Shown: in pieces, positions 28,841 through 38,384 of the stretch
How positions within the stretch are numbered: position 1 is the first letter of the stretch
Layout of the letters: each line of letters starts with the position of its first letter
Source of the DNA: Acidobacteriota bacterium
GTDB taxonomy: Bacteria > Acidobacteriota > Thermoanaerobaculia > Gp7-AA8
NCBI GenBank assembly: GCA_019244185.1
Contig: JAFATB010000014.1
Span: 416,001-480,000, forward strand
Direction of reading: 5' to 3'
DNA length: 64,000 bases
Program-made: the position numbers and the translations under genes
Notes under the pieces: generated by a model
Database searches by the model: none
The model's input: the letters and a program-made list of their open reading frames with translations, nothing else
What the model was told of the DNA's origin: nothing

Positions 28841-29245
28841 ATGACGAAGAAGTACGCGCTCGCCATCGCTCTGCTCGTCGTCGGCACGCTTGCGGGGACG
28901 CAGATCGCGCCCGACTACTACGACCGCGGCCGCATCGGATTCGTGGCCATGCTCGCCGTGGGCTGGATCGCGGCGTTCGTCGCGGCGCGGTGGGCGCGCG
29001 CGTCGGAGCCCGCATACGTCGCGACGTGCGCGATCCTTCCGTGGTCGCTCGCGCTCGGCGGCGTGTCGTATCTCGGCTTCATTTTTCTTCCGCTGGAAGT
29101 CGTCGCGACGGCGTTCATCCTGCGGCGTCTGACGCCGCTGCGCGGCGCGCGGCTCGCGCTCGTGGCGATCGTCATTCGCGCCGTCGCATTCGTGCCGATC
29201 GTGCTTCTCGGGATGGCTGGCGCTTCGTTTGCCGTTACACGTTGA
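28841..29245 (+). CDS. small multi-TM hypothetical protein
   Basis: about 4-5 hydrophobic segments; TACCAT 6 nt before the ATG; stop overlaps the next ATG (TGATG). Confidence 0.65.
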   Translation: MTKKYALAIALLVVGTLAGTQIAPDYYDRGRIGFVAMLAVGWIAAFVAARWARASEPAYVATCAILPWSLALGGVSYLGFIFLPLEVVATAFILRRLTPLRGARLALVAIVIRAVAFVPIVLLGMAGASFAVTR

Positions 29246-31716
29246 TGATGATCGCTTTGAATCCGTATCTGCTCGCTCTCGTCGCGCTCGTGGTGGTCGT
29301 GGCGCTCGGCTTCACCGGCGCGCCGCTGATCCTGTGGGCGCTCGCGCTCGGCGCGATCCTCTACCTCGCGTCGGCGCCGCTCTGGCTGCTCGCCGCGTTC
29401 GCCGCGGTGATGCTCGTCTTCCTCATCGTGCCGATCCGCCGCGTGCTGGTCTCGCGTCTGGTGATGAAGATCCTCGGCCCGGCGATGCCGGCGATCTCGG
29501 AGACGGAACGCACGGCGATCGAGTCGGGCGCGGTGTGGGCGGAGGGCGAGCTCTTCTCCGGCAAGCCGGACTTCCGGAAGCTGATGAACGAGAGCTATCC
29601 GACGCTGACCGCCGAAGAACGCGCGTTTCTCGACGGTCCCGTCGACGAGCTCTGCGCCGTGCTCGACGACTGGGAAATCTGGGAGCGCCGCGAGCTGCCG
29701 CGCGAGGCGTGGGATGTCATCAAGCGCCACAAGTTCCTCGGCATGATCATCCCGAAGGAGTACGGCGGACTCGGATTCTCCGCGCTCGCGCACAGCGAAG
29801 TGATCCTCAAGCTCGCGAGCCGCTCGCTGCCCGCGTGCATCACGGTGATGGTGCCGAACTCGCTCGGCCCCGCGGAGCTGCTCGTCCACTACGGCACCGA
29901 CGAACAGAAGCGGTACCTCTTGCCGCGACTCGCGAGCGGCGAAGAGATCCCCTGCTTCGCGCTGACGGAACCGGGCGCGGGCTCCGACGCCGGCTCGATC
30001 ACGTCGAACGGAACGCTCTTCAAAGGCGAGGACGGCAAGCTCTACATCCGCCTCGAATGGAACAAGCGCTACATCACGCTCGCGGCGATCGCGACGCTGC
30101 TCGGCCTCGCGTTCCGCCTACGCGATCCGGAGAACCTGCTCGGCCAGGGCGAAGACCTCGGCATCACCTGCGCGCTGATTCCGACGACGACGCCGGGCGT
30201 CGTGCTCGGCCGCCGTCACGATCCGCTGTTCACGCCGTTCTACAACTGCCCGACGCAGGGCCACGACGTAGTCGTGCCGGTCGACGCGGTGGTCGGCGGC
30301 GTCGAAGGCTGTGGCAAAGGGTGGCGGATGCTCACCGAGTCGCTCGCGGCCGGCCGCGGCATCTCGCTGCCCGCGCAGAGCACGGGCGGGACGAAGCTCG
30401 CCACGCGCGTCATCAGCGCGTACGCGTCGATCCGCAAGCAGTTCGGCCTGCCGATCGGCAAGTTCGAAGGGATCGAAGAGCCGATCGCGCGCATCGCCGG
30501 CTTCAACTACCTGCTCGACGCCATGCGCAAGTACACGCTCGGCGCGATCGACAGCGGCATCAAGCCGGCGGTGGTGACGGCGATGGCGAAGTACAACGCG
30601 ACGGAGATCGGCCGCAAGGTCGTGAACGACGCCATGGACATCGCCGGCGGCTCCGGCATCTCGCGCGGTCCGCGCAACCTGCTCGCGCACTTTTACGTCG
30701 CCACGCCGATCGGCATCACCGTCGAAGGCGCGAACATCCTCACGCGCACGCTGATCATCTTCGGCCAGGGTGCGTTGCGCGCGCATCCGTACGCGCTGCT
30801 CGAGGTGAACGCGATCGCCGCGCGCGATCTGGCCGCATTCGACCGCGCGTTCTGGGGACACGCGGGTCACATCGTGCGCAACCTCACGCGCGCGATCGTG
30901 CTGTCGGTGACGCGCGGCGCGCTCGCCGGCAGCCCTGTGAGCGGCAGCACGGCGCGCTACTACCGGCGGCTGTCGTGGGCGTCGGCGACGTTCGCGATCA
31001 TGGCGGACGTGGCGATGGGCGCGCTCGGCGGCTCGCTGAAACTGAAGGAGAAGCTCACCGGCCGCTACGGCGACATCCTGTCGTGGATGTACATTGGTAC
31101 CGCGGTACTCCGCCGCTACGAAGCGGAAGGACGGCGCAAGGAAGACCTGCCGTTCGTCCACTTCTCGATGAACCACGCGCTGTACGAAATTCAGAAAGCA
31201 TTCGACGGCATCTTCGCCAACCTGCCCGTGCCCGGCCTCGGCTGGTTCTTCCGCGGACCGCTGCGCATGTGGTCGAACCTCAACGCGCTCGCCGGCGAGG
31301 CGAACGATCAGCACACGCACAAGATCGCGACGCTGATCCTCAGCGACACCGAACAGCGCCTACGCCACACGGAAGGCATTTACATGCCGCAAAACACGCT
31401 CGAGCACCTAAGCCTGCTCGACGAGACGTTCCGCCTCGTCAAGCGTGCCGAGGCGGCGGAGAAGAAGGTGCGCGCGGCCGTGAAGGCGAAGGCGCTGCCG
31501 AAGCTCAAGGGCGCGGCCTCGTTCGATGCCGCACTCGCGAACGGCGTGATCACGCAGGCCGAGCGCGACGACCTCGGGCGCGCCGACGAGTTGCGCGCCG
31601 AGGCGATCGAGGTCGACTCCTTCACGCAGGAGGAGTACCTCAACCACCAATCGCCCGGCGTGCTCGAGCGCGTCCACGAAGCGGAGGAGCCGCTGCTCGT
31701 CGATACGGTGGCGTGA
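29245..31716 (+). CDS. fadE: long-form, membrane-anchored acyl-CoA dehydrogenase (FadE type)
   Basis: N-terminal TMs, MP.ISETE, VMVPNSLGP, FALTEP.AGSDA, GRGISLP, ITVEGANILTR, C-terminal extension. Confidence 0.88.
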   Translation: MMIALNPYLLALVALVVVVALGFTGAPLILWALALGAILYLASAPLWLLAAFAAVMLVFLIVPIRRVLVSRLVMKILGPAMPAISETERTAIESGAVWAEGELFSGKPDFRKLMNESYPTLTAEERAFLDGPVDELCAVLDDWEIWERRELPREAWDVIKRHKFLGMIIPKEYGGLGFSALAHSEVILKLASRSLPACITVMVPNSLGPAELLVHYGTDEQKRYLLPRLASGEEIPCFALTEPGAGSDAGSITSNGTLFKGEDGKLYIRLEWNKRYITLAAIATLLGLAFRLRDPENLLGQGEDLGITCALIPTTTPGVVLGRRHDPLFTPFYNCPTQGHDVVVPVDAVVGGVEGCGKGWRMLTESLAAGRGISLPAQSTGGTKLATRVISAYASIRKQFGLPIGKFEGIEEPIARIAGFNYLLDAMRKYTLGAIDSGIKPAVVTAMAKYNATEIGRKVVNDAMDIAGGSGISRGPRNLLAHFYVATPIGITVEGANILTRTLIIFGQGALRAHPYALLEVNAIAARDLAAFDRAFWGHAGHIVRNLTRAIVLSVTRGALAGSPVSGSTARYYRRLSWASATFAIMADVAMGALGGSLKLKEKLTGRYGDILSWMYIGTAVLRRYEAEGRRKEDLPFVHFSMNHALYEIQKAFDGIFANLPVPGLGWFFRGPLRMWSNLNALAGEANDQHTHKIATLILSDTEQRLRHTEGIYMPQNTLEHLSLLDETFRLVKRAEAAEKKVRAAVKAKALPKLKGAASFDAALANGVITQAERDDLGRADELRAEAIEVDSFTQEEYLNHQSPGVLERVHEAEEPLLVDTVA

Positions 31717-31729
31717 GCCGCGGCTGCGA

Positions 31730-32485
31730 TCACGGGTAACCGGAGTTCGAGCAGTCGGGGCCGAGGCCGACCGGCGGACCGTCATCGTCGTCGGGTTTGC
31801 CGCCGTGGCAATCGACGGAGTACGACCAGTCCTTCGGGTGGCCGAGGAGCGCTTTCGCGACGCCGAGGTGCAGTGCGAAATGCGGTTTGTCGTGGGGCGG
31901 TCGATCGTCGCTCATGTGCGTGATGGTGACCGTTGCGTTGTTCTTCAGCGGGATCGGTACGCCGCGTCCGGGAGCATCGATCGGCGCGACGATCAACTGC
32001 GGCGACGGCAGCTCGACTTCGAGGTATGCCGCGGTCGCCTGGCCGTAGCATTCGGTGCTCAGCGCTCCGGCGTAAACATCGAACAGCGCGTGGACTCTCT
32101 GGCCGAGCATCACGTCAGGGTCGGCGACGACGGGACGTTGTGGCGTACGTAACCGGGGCAGCTTGCGCCAGCTGTCCGCGCGCAACGGTGTGCCCGAGCC
32201 TGCGAGCCGGAACGCTGCCCGATTGATGCTCCACGTGTACACCGGCTCGTCCGGTTCCAGCGTGAGCAGTGCCGGAATGCGTGGCGGATCGCCGTCGAGA
32301 TCCGCCTGCGCGATCGTGAGCCTCGGGAAGTGATGAGGGATGTCGTCGAACCATTCATCGGATCGTTTCTGCGGGAGCAGAACACGATGGGGGATCTCGC
32401 CGAGCGGCCATTCGCCTTCGTCTTGTGGCCATTCTTCTCGATTGAAGTGCGTGCAGATGCCGATGAACTTCACTGTGATCGCCAC
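31730..32485 (-). CDS. 251-aa hypothetical protein downstream of the CHAT gene, ending GPDCSNSGYP
   Basis: GTG at 32485 after strong SD AAAGGAGGAGG, 14 nt after the CHAT stop; MAITVKFIGICTH...PHRVLLP...HFALH...CSNSGYP. Confidence 0.78.
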   Translation of the reverse strand: MAITVKFIGICTHFNREEWPQDEGEWPLGEIPHRVLLPQKRSDEWFDDIPHHFPRLTIAQADLDGDPPRIPALLTLEPDEPVYTWSINRAAFRLAGSGTPLRADSWRKLPRLRTPQRPVVADPDVMLGQRVHALFDVYAGALSTECYGQATAAYLEVELPSPQLIVAPIDAPGRGVPIPLKNNATVTITHMSDDRPPHDKPHFALHLGVAKALLGHPKDWSYSVDCHGGKPDDDDGPPVGLGPDCSNSGYP

Positions 32486-32499
32486 AACCTCCTCCTTTC

Positions 32500-35400
32500 C
32501 TAAGGCACGTGATTCGTGAGCAGCGCGAGGCTTTGCCAGCCGCGCAATCGTTGGCGTTGCACTTCGCGCAGCGCGTCGATGGGGGCGACGCCGCGTTGGA
32601 GCTCGCGATGGAGTTCGAGGAACAGCGCGTGCGCGTCGGCGTCGGCGACCGGCGTGAGCGTGCCGATGACGTCGCGGGCGCCGGCGGCGGCGAAGGCGGC
32701 GCCGAGGCTGAGCGCGCGGGCGTCGGCGGCATCGGGCGCGCGCAGGGTGTTGCAGCCGGCGAGGACGACGAGCTGCGCGCGGATCGGCGTCGACGCGATC
32801 GAGGCGGCGTGGACGCGGCGTCCGGCGAAGACGAGCGCGGCGCCATCGTCGGGCTCCTCCGCGGTGTGGCCGGCGAGATGGACGACGTCGGCGTGTGAGG
32901 CGGCGTCGACGAACGCGGGAAACGTCGCGCGGCTCGCCTCGACTTCGACCACGTTCGCGTAGAGCGGCCGCAGCTCCGCGATCTCGTTCGCCGCGCCGGG
33001 CAATGCGGCGAATCCCGTTCCGGCGCCGCTCGGGAGCATCACGGCAGCGAGCGAATGCGCGACGCGCGGCGGCGTATTCGGCTGCAGATCGCTCGCGCGT
33101 GCGGCGCGCGCGACGGCGACGCGTTCGACGAGCGCGTGTTGATGCGCATCCTCCAGCGCGGCGAACGGCGTCGTGTCGAGCGGCGGCTCGGCGACGAAGA
33201 CGACCGCGCGGCTCGCGTCGAGCGCGTGCGAGAACGGCCGCACCGCGACGTCGTAGAGATGCTCGCGATCGCCGCGCGCGACATCGAACGAGCTCGCGGT
33301 CACGCAGAACGCGACCACTTCCCGCGGCAGCAGCGCGAGCTCGATGACGGCGGTGTTGCTGCCGCGCAGCCGAGCCTGCAGCGTGACGACGTCGATGTTG
33401 CCGGAGCGCGCTTTCTCCGCGAGCGCGAACGCGCGCTGCCGATCGTCGCGCGCGAGCGCGAGAGCGATCGCCTCGTCGAACAGCGCGTCGCCCGCATCGA
33501 GGACGCCCGTGCCGACGATCGAGCCGGCGACGCGGATCGGATGTCGCGCGAGCGCGGCGATACCGTCGTCGAGATCGCGCGCCGCTCCCGCCGTATCGCC
33601 GCGCGTCATCGCGTTCCTCGCGCGCAGCAGCAGCGCCTCGGGCAGATAGAGCGGCAACGCGCGCGCGCGATACGTCTCGATCGCGCGCGTCAGCGGCGTC
33701 GCCGCATCGCCGCGCAGCGCGAGCGACACCGCGCCGTCGGCGAAATCGACGTCGGCGAGCGCGCGCGCACGCCGCGCGGCGTCGGCGATCCGCGCGGCGG
33801 CGGACGCGGCCTCGCGGACGATGGTCGTCGCCGAGGAATCGCCGAGGCGCGACGCGAGCACGGCCTGGCGCACGAGCGCGTCGGCGACGAGCGCGTCGTC
33901 GCCGGTGTCGCGATCGGCGTCGAGCTCGAGGGCGAGCAGCGCGCGCGCCGGGTCGAGGTGTCCGGCGCGCAGGTCCATGCGGCTCGCGTCGCCGAGGCTC
34001 ACGGCGAGATTGATCGCTTGCCCCTGGGTGCCGAGCGCCGCGAACGAGCGGATGCGCGCCGCCCACGACGCGTCGCGGCGGCCGAGCGACGCGAGCGCAT
34101 CGGCGAGCAGCGCGTCGGCGAACGCCGCGTTGCCGCGTTCGCCGAGGCGATGAAACGCGGACTGCGCGGAATCGAGCAGCGGCTCCGCGCCGCTCCAGTC
34201 GCCGTCGGTCATCGCCGCGAGTCCGAGCTGCCGCTCGACTTGCGCGCGCATCGCCGGATACGCGGGCGGAAGCTCGTCGCGCAACGCGGCGAGCTCCGCG
34301 CGCGCGTCCTGCTGCTGATCGAACGCGGCGCATGCGGCGAAGAGCCGCGCGACGAACGCCATCGGACTGTGCGCGGCTGCGAACGCGCTTGCGGCGCGGC
34401 GCAGTTCCGGCTCGGCATCGCGCGGCTGGCCGCGGCTGTAGACGATGCGCGCGCGGCGATACGTCGCATGCGCGTCGGCGAGTGCGCGCCGTTCGTCGGC
34501 ATTCGCGCGATCGATCGTCGCGACCGCATCGCGCAGGAGTTGCTCGCCTGATTGCGCGGCGATTGCGTTGCCGGACGCGCGGGCGAGCGCGAGCGCGTCG
34601 TCCGCGGCGCGCGTGTCGCCGTGCAGCAGCGCATCCGCCCACTGGCCAAGCCATTCCGCCTCGCCCCACGTGCGGCACTCCTGCGGGAACTCCGCGACGA
34701 ACGCGCGCACCGCGGCGTCGTCGTGCGCGGCGACCGCGCGCGCGAAACGCGGCAGCTCGCGGCGGAAGCGCGACGTGTCGCTCTCGCGCGGCGCGCGCCG
34801 CAAGTGTTCGCGCGCTTCGTTGGCCCACGGCGACGAAGGATCGGCGTCGACGTAACGCTGCCACGCGCGGGCCGCCTCGTTCGCGAGGCCGAGGTGCTCG
34901 AGGATCAGCGCGCGGTTGAAGAGCGCGGGCACGAAACGCGCGTTCACGCGCAGCGCGCGATCGGCGGACGCGAGCGCCTCGCTGAAGAGTGACGTGTGTC
35001 CTTGCGCGGTCGCGGCGGCGTCCTGCGCCGCGGCGAGGTCGCTCCAGATCGCGGGATCGTTCGGCGCGTGTTCGACGGCCGCGCGCAGACGCGCGATCGC
35101 CGCGGACGGATCGTCGACGACGAGCATGGCCACGCCGGCCGCGTGTTGTGCGTCCGCCGACGGCGCGCGCTCGGCGGTTTCGTTCAGTTCGCCGGCGAGG
35201 CCGATGAGCTTCATCGACGCGGTGTCGCGACGCGTCGACGGTCCGCGCTCGGGGCCGCGATACGGCGCCCACGGGAACGCGCCGGAGAGGCGCGCCTCGA
35301 CCGGACGCGCGTCACGCGGCAGCAGCGCGGCGATGCGCGCGAGCGGCGCGCGGCGTTGCAGCGCGTACGGCACCGTCACCAGCAGCGCGAGCATCGCCGC

Positions 35401-35607
35401 CGCGGCGACGGCGAGCCACCAGCGATTCGTCGCCGGCGGCTGCGCGGTGATGCCCTCCTCGTGAAAGGCCTCGTTCGCCGCGTCGATGGTCGCGCGGCAT
35501 TCGGCGCAGCCGTCGAGGTGCGCGACCACGGTCTGCAGTTCGGCGCGCGTCAGCCGGCCTTCGACGAAGGCGGCGAGCGTTCCGGGTGGCGGGTGCGGCG
35601 TCGTCAC
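32500..35607 (-). CDS. zf-HC2 anti-sigma domain + TM + TPR-like repeats + CHAT (caspase-like) protease
   Basis: HLDGCAEC zinc motif, TM WWLAVAAAAMLALLVTV, ALFNRALILEHLG helical repeats, VVHLAGH and LVVLAGCNT dyad, SLGAAF..AG..DVIGTL.PV.D; GTGA overlap with the sigma stop. Confidence 0.9.
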   Translation of the reverse strand: MTTPHPPPGTLAAFVEGRLTRAELQTVVAHLDGCAECRATIDAANEAFHEEGITAQPPATNRWWLAVAAAAMLALLVTVPYALQRRAPLARIAALLPRDARPVEARLSGAFPWAPYRGPERGPSTRRDTASMKLIGLAGELNETAERAPSADAQHAAGVAMLVVDDPSAAIARLRAAVEHAPNDPAIWSDLAAAQDAAATAQGHTSLFSEALASADRALRVNARFVPALFNRALILEHLGLANEAARAWQRYVDADPSSPWANEAREHLRRAPRESDTSRFRRELPRFARAVAAHDDAAVRAFVAEFPQECRTWGEAEWLGQWADALLHGDTRAADDALALARASGNAIAAQSGEQLLRDAVATIDRANADERRALADAHATYRRARIVYSRGQPRDAEPELRRAASAFAAAHSPMAFVARLFAACAAFDQQQDARAELAALRDELPPAYPAMRAQVERQLGLAAMTDGDWSGAEPLLDSAQSAFHRLGERGNAAFADALLADALASLGRRDASWAARIRSFAALGTQGQAINLAVSLGDASRMDLRAGHLDPARALLALELDADRDTGDDALVADALVRQAVLASRLGDSSATTIVREAASAAARIADAARRARALADVDFADGAVSLALRGDAATPLTRAIETYRARALPLYLPEALLLRARNAMTRGDTAGAARDLDDGIAALARHPIRVAGSIVGTGVLDAGDALFDEAIALALARDDRQRAFALAEKARSGNIDVVTLQARLRGSNTAVIELALLPREVVAFCVTASSFDVARGDREHLYDVAVRPFSHALDASRAVVFVAEPPLDTTPFAALEDAHQHALVERVAVARAARASDLQPNTPPRVAHSLAAVMLPSGAGTGFAALPGAANEIAELRPLYANVVEVEASRATFPAFVDAASHADVVHLAGHTAEEPDDGAALVFAGRRVHAASIASTPIRAQLVVLAGCNTLRAPDAADARALSLGAAFAAAGARDVIGTLTPVADADAHALFLELHRELQRGVAPIDALREVQRQRLRGWQSLALLTNHVP

Positions 35608-36434
35608 GTGCGAGACTCTCCTTCCGACTTGGACTGCCGCGGCGGCTCCGGTTTCCCGAGGCCGAGGTCGGGCGCGTCGATCGTCTCGAGCGCGTCGAAG
35701 AGCGTGGCGGCGTCGATGGACGCGGCTTCGAGCGCCTTGCGCAGCCGCGCGAGCAACGCTTCCTGACGGCGATACAGCGGCCGCTGCGGCACGCGCAGCA
35801 TGCGCGAGACGTCGGCGATGCTGACGTTCGAGCCGAAGCGCAATCGGATCAGCACGCGATCTTCCGGCGGCCACGACTCCATCGCCGCGCGGATCGCGTG
35901 CGCCGCGCGCGCGGCGGTGCGCGACGCGTCGCGGGCGAGAGCGCGCGCGTCGGCGGTGTCGGGCGCGGCGACGGCGACCCCATCGTCTTCGAGCACGACC
36001 GCGCGCATGCGCGGCGCGCGCTGCGGCAGGCGCGCGACGAGCGCCTCGAGTCCGGCGCGCGTGAGCTCGGGCTCGAGTCCGCGCGCGAGCGGCAGCACTT
36101 CATCGAGCGGACGGCGGTCGCGCAGGACCAGCGTTTCGACGAGCACCGCGGCCGCGCCGAGGCGCCGTGCTTCCGCCGACGGATGCCAGCGCCCGGTGTC
36201 GTGGATGCGCTGATCGAACAGCATCCGCTGCATGACCACGGTGAGATACGTCGCCACCGACGAACGCTCCTCGAACGCGCGCAGCGCCGCGTAGTCGCTC
36301 TCGATCATCGCCACCTTCACGTCGGACGCAAAATCCTCCGCGTCCGCGTCGGAGAGTCCCGCGCGGCGGCAGAGGCGTACGGCAATCCGGTCGATCAGCG
36401 GCAGCTGCTCCCGAAAGAGCTCCGCGGCTTCCAT
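35604..36434 (-). CDS. ECF-like sigma-70 family sigma factor
   Basis: region 2 (DAEDF...FEERSS..TYL..V..R...D) and region 4 (PPEDRVLIRLRF...IADVSRML....LYRR...LRKAL). Confidence 0.85.
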   Translation of the reverse strand: MEAAELFREQLPLIDRIAVRLCRRAGLSDADAEDFASDVKVAMIESDYAALRAFEERSSVATYLTVVMQRMLFDQRIHDTGRWHPSAEARRLGAAAVLVETLVLRDRRPLDEVLPLARGLEPELTRAGLEALVARLPQRAPRMRAVVLEDDGVAVAAPDTADARALARDASRTAARAAHAIRAAMESWPPEDRVLIRLRFGSNVSIADVSRMLRVPQRPLYRRQEALLARLRKALEAASIDAATLFDALETIDAPDLGLGKPEPPRQSKSEGESRT

Positions 36435-36516
36435 GGGCGTGAACGAAGTGTACGCGGAAGGGTGGAGAGATGGCAGGGTGTCGAGGTGTCCGGCCGAGCT
36501 CGGCTACCATTCGCTC

Positions 36517-37860
36517 ATGGCGGAACAGAACGGCGCGCGTTATCCGATCGGACGAATCATCTTCGCCTCCGGCCTCGGCACGATGATCGAGTGGTACGAC
36601 TTCTACATCTTCGGCAGCCTGGCCGTGGTCATGTCCGAGCTGATGTTCCCGTCGGGCAATCCGGCGTGGGCGCTCATCAAGACGTGGGCGCTCTTCGCCA
36701 CCGGCTTCATCGTGCGGCCGTTCGGCGCGATCGTGTTCGGGCGCATCGGCGATCGCGTCGGCCGCAAGTACGCGTTCATGGTCACGCTCACGATCATGGG
36801 GCTCTCGACGTTCCTCATCGGCCTGCTGCCGACGTACGCGACCATCGGCGCGCTCGCGCCGGCGATCCTGCTCGTGCTGCGCCTTCTGCAGGGACTCGCG
36901 CTCGGCGGCGAGTACGGCGGCGCGGCGGTGTACGTCGCCGAGCACGTGCCCGATCGGAAGCGCGGCTACTACACGAGCTTCATCCAGATCACTGCCACGC
37001 TCGGCCTTTTCGTCTCGCTCGGCGTCGTGCTGGCGGTGAAGAAGTCGATGACGGACGCGGACTTCAAGGCGTGGGGCTGGCGCGTGCCGTTCCTGCTGTC
37101 GCTCGTACTCGTGGCGATGTCGTTCTACATTCGGATGAAGCTGCAGGAGTCGCCGCTGTTCCAGAGCATCAAGTCGCAGGGGAAGGCGTCGCTCGCGCCG
37201 CTCATGGAGAGCTTCGGCAACTGGAAGAATGTTCGCCTCGTGCTGCTGGTGCTTCTCGGCGCGACGGCGGGGCAGGGCGTGGTCTGGTACACGGGGCAGT
37301 TCTACGCGCTGTCGTTTCTGCAGACGGTGCTGAAGTTCGATCTCGTGACGGCGAGCGTCATCGTCGCGATCGCGCTCGCGCTGGCGATGCCGTTCTTCGT
37401 CGTGTTCGGCGCGCTCTCCGATCGCATCGGGCGGCTGAAGGTGATGATGGCCGGCAATCTCCTCGCCGCGCTGACGTACATCCCGATCTATCACGCGATG
37501 AAGACGTATGGTGATCCGCGGCATCCGAATCTCACGATGCTCGTTTTGCTCGTCTTCGTGCAGGTGCTGTACGTGACCATGGTGTACGGACCGATCGCGG
37601 CGTTCCTGATCGAAGCGTTCCCGGCGCGCGTGCGCTACACCTCGTTCTCGCTTCCGTATCACCTCGGCAACGGCTGGTTCGGCGGGACGCTGCCTCTCAT
37701 CGCCGGCGTGCTCGTCGCGCGCACGGGCAACATCTACGCGGGGCTGTACTGGTCCGTCGGCATCGCGCTGATGACGTTCCTCGTCGGCTCGTTCGCGCTG
37801 AACGAGAGCCATCGCGTGCGCATCTGGGACGAGGCGCACGACGCGGTGCGGCCGGTTTGA
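36517..37860 (+). CDS. MFS transporter, metabolite:H+ symporter (MHS) family
   Basis: GTMIEWYDF, RPFGAIVFGRIGDRVGRK, QGLALGGEYGGA, WGWRVPFL, ESP, FPARVRY. Confidence 0.93.
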   Translation: MAEQNGARYPIGRIIFASGLGTMIEWYDFYIFGSLAVVMSELMFPSGNPAWALIKTWALFATGFIVRPFGAIVFGRIGDRVGRKYAFMVTLTIMGLSTFLIGLLPTYATIGALAPAILLVLRLLQGLALGGEYGGAAVYVAEHVPDRKRGYYTSFIQITATLGLFVSLGVVLAVKKSMTDADFKAWGWRVPFLLSLVLVAMSFYIRMKLQESPLFQSIKSQGKASLAPLMESFGNWKNVRLVLLVLLGATAGQGVVWYTGQFYALSFLQTVLKFDLVTASVIVAIALALAMPFFVVFGALSDRIGRLKVMMAGNLLAALTYIPIYHAMKTYGDPRHPNLTMLVLLVFVQVLYVTMVYGPIAAFLIEAFPARVRYTSFSLPYHLGNGWFGGTLPLIAGVLVARTGNIYAGLYWSVGIALMTFLVGSFALNESHRVRIWDEAHDAVRPV

Positions 37861-37871
37861 CGTCAGGTTCC

Positions 37872-38333
37872 CTAGACCGTGCCGCTGCGCTGATCGCCGA
37901 GGTAGTCGCGGACGGCGGAGGCGTCGCGCGGGGAGTAGAGGTAGCGGGTCCACGCCATCTGCTCGTGCAGCACGGCCCCGAGCTCCCACACGCAATACGT
38001 GCCCTTGTGCGTGCCCTGCGGGAACAGCGCGAACGGCTCGTCGCCCTCTTTCGCGTAGACGGTCTCCCACAGCTCGTTCGCGTTGCGCCAGGTGCAGACG
38101 ATGAGGAAGTAGAAGCTGCCGCCGCAGCGATGCAGGATGACGAAGCCGAGGTCGCCGCGGACGTCGAGGCGTCCCGAGTCCGCCTCGGCGCAGAGGAACT
38201 CGCGCGCCGATTCGCGCAGCGCGGGATCGATCGAGCCGGCGTCGCGCTCGAGGTCGTACCACTTCAGATGCGCGCCGTTCGCGACGAGCTCCTCGCGCGG
38301 CGTGAGCTGCTTCGGGTAATGCGTGTATTCCAT
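37872..38333 (-). CDS. conserved-looking hypothetical protein
   Basis: LKWY, GFVILHR, W..ANELW, CVWELGAV.HE..AW; TACGAT 6 nt before the ATG. Confidence 0.72.
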   Translation of the reverse strand: MEYTHYPKQLTPREELVANGAHLKWYDLERDAGSIDPALRESAREFLCAEADSGRLDVRGDLGFVILHRCGGSFYFLIVCTWRNANELWETVYAKEGDEPFALFPQGTHKGTYCVWELGAVLHEQMAWTRYLYSPRDASAVRDYLGDQRSGTV

Positions 38334-38384
38334 GCGCGCATCGTAAAGAGTTTTCGCGCGGCGCGTCGAGGCGTCTAAACGGAC

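Noticed and set aside
32486-35272. Upstream part of the 1180-aa ORF 31730..35272, suggesting an overlapping gene or a frameshift fusion with CHAT
   Set aside because: Arg-rich off-frame translation typical of high-GC DNA; the CHAT gene has its own stop and the small gene has its own SD and GTG
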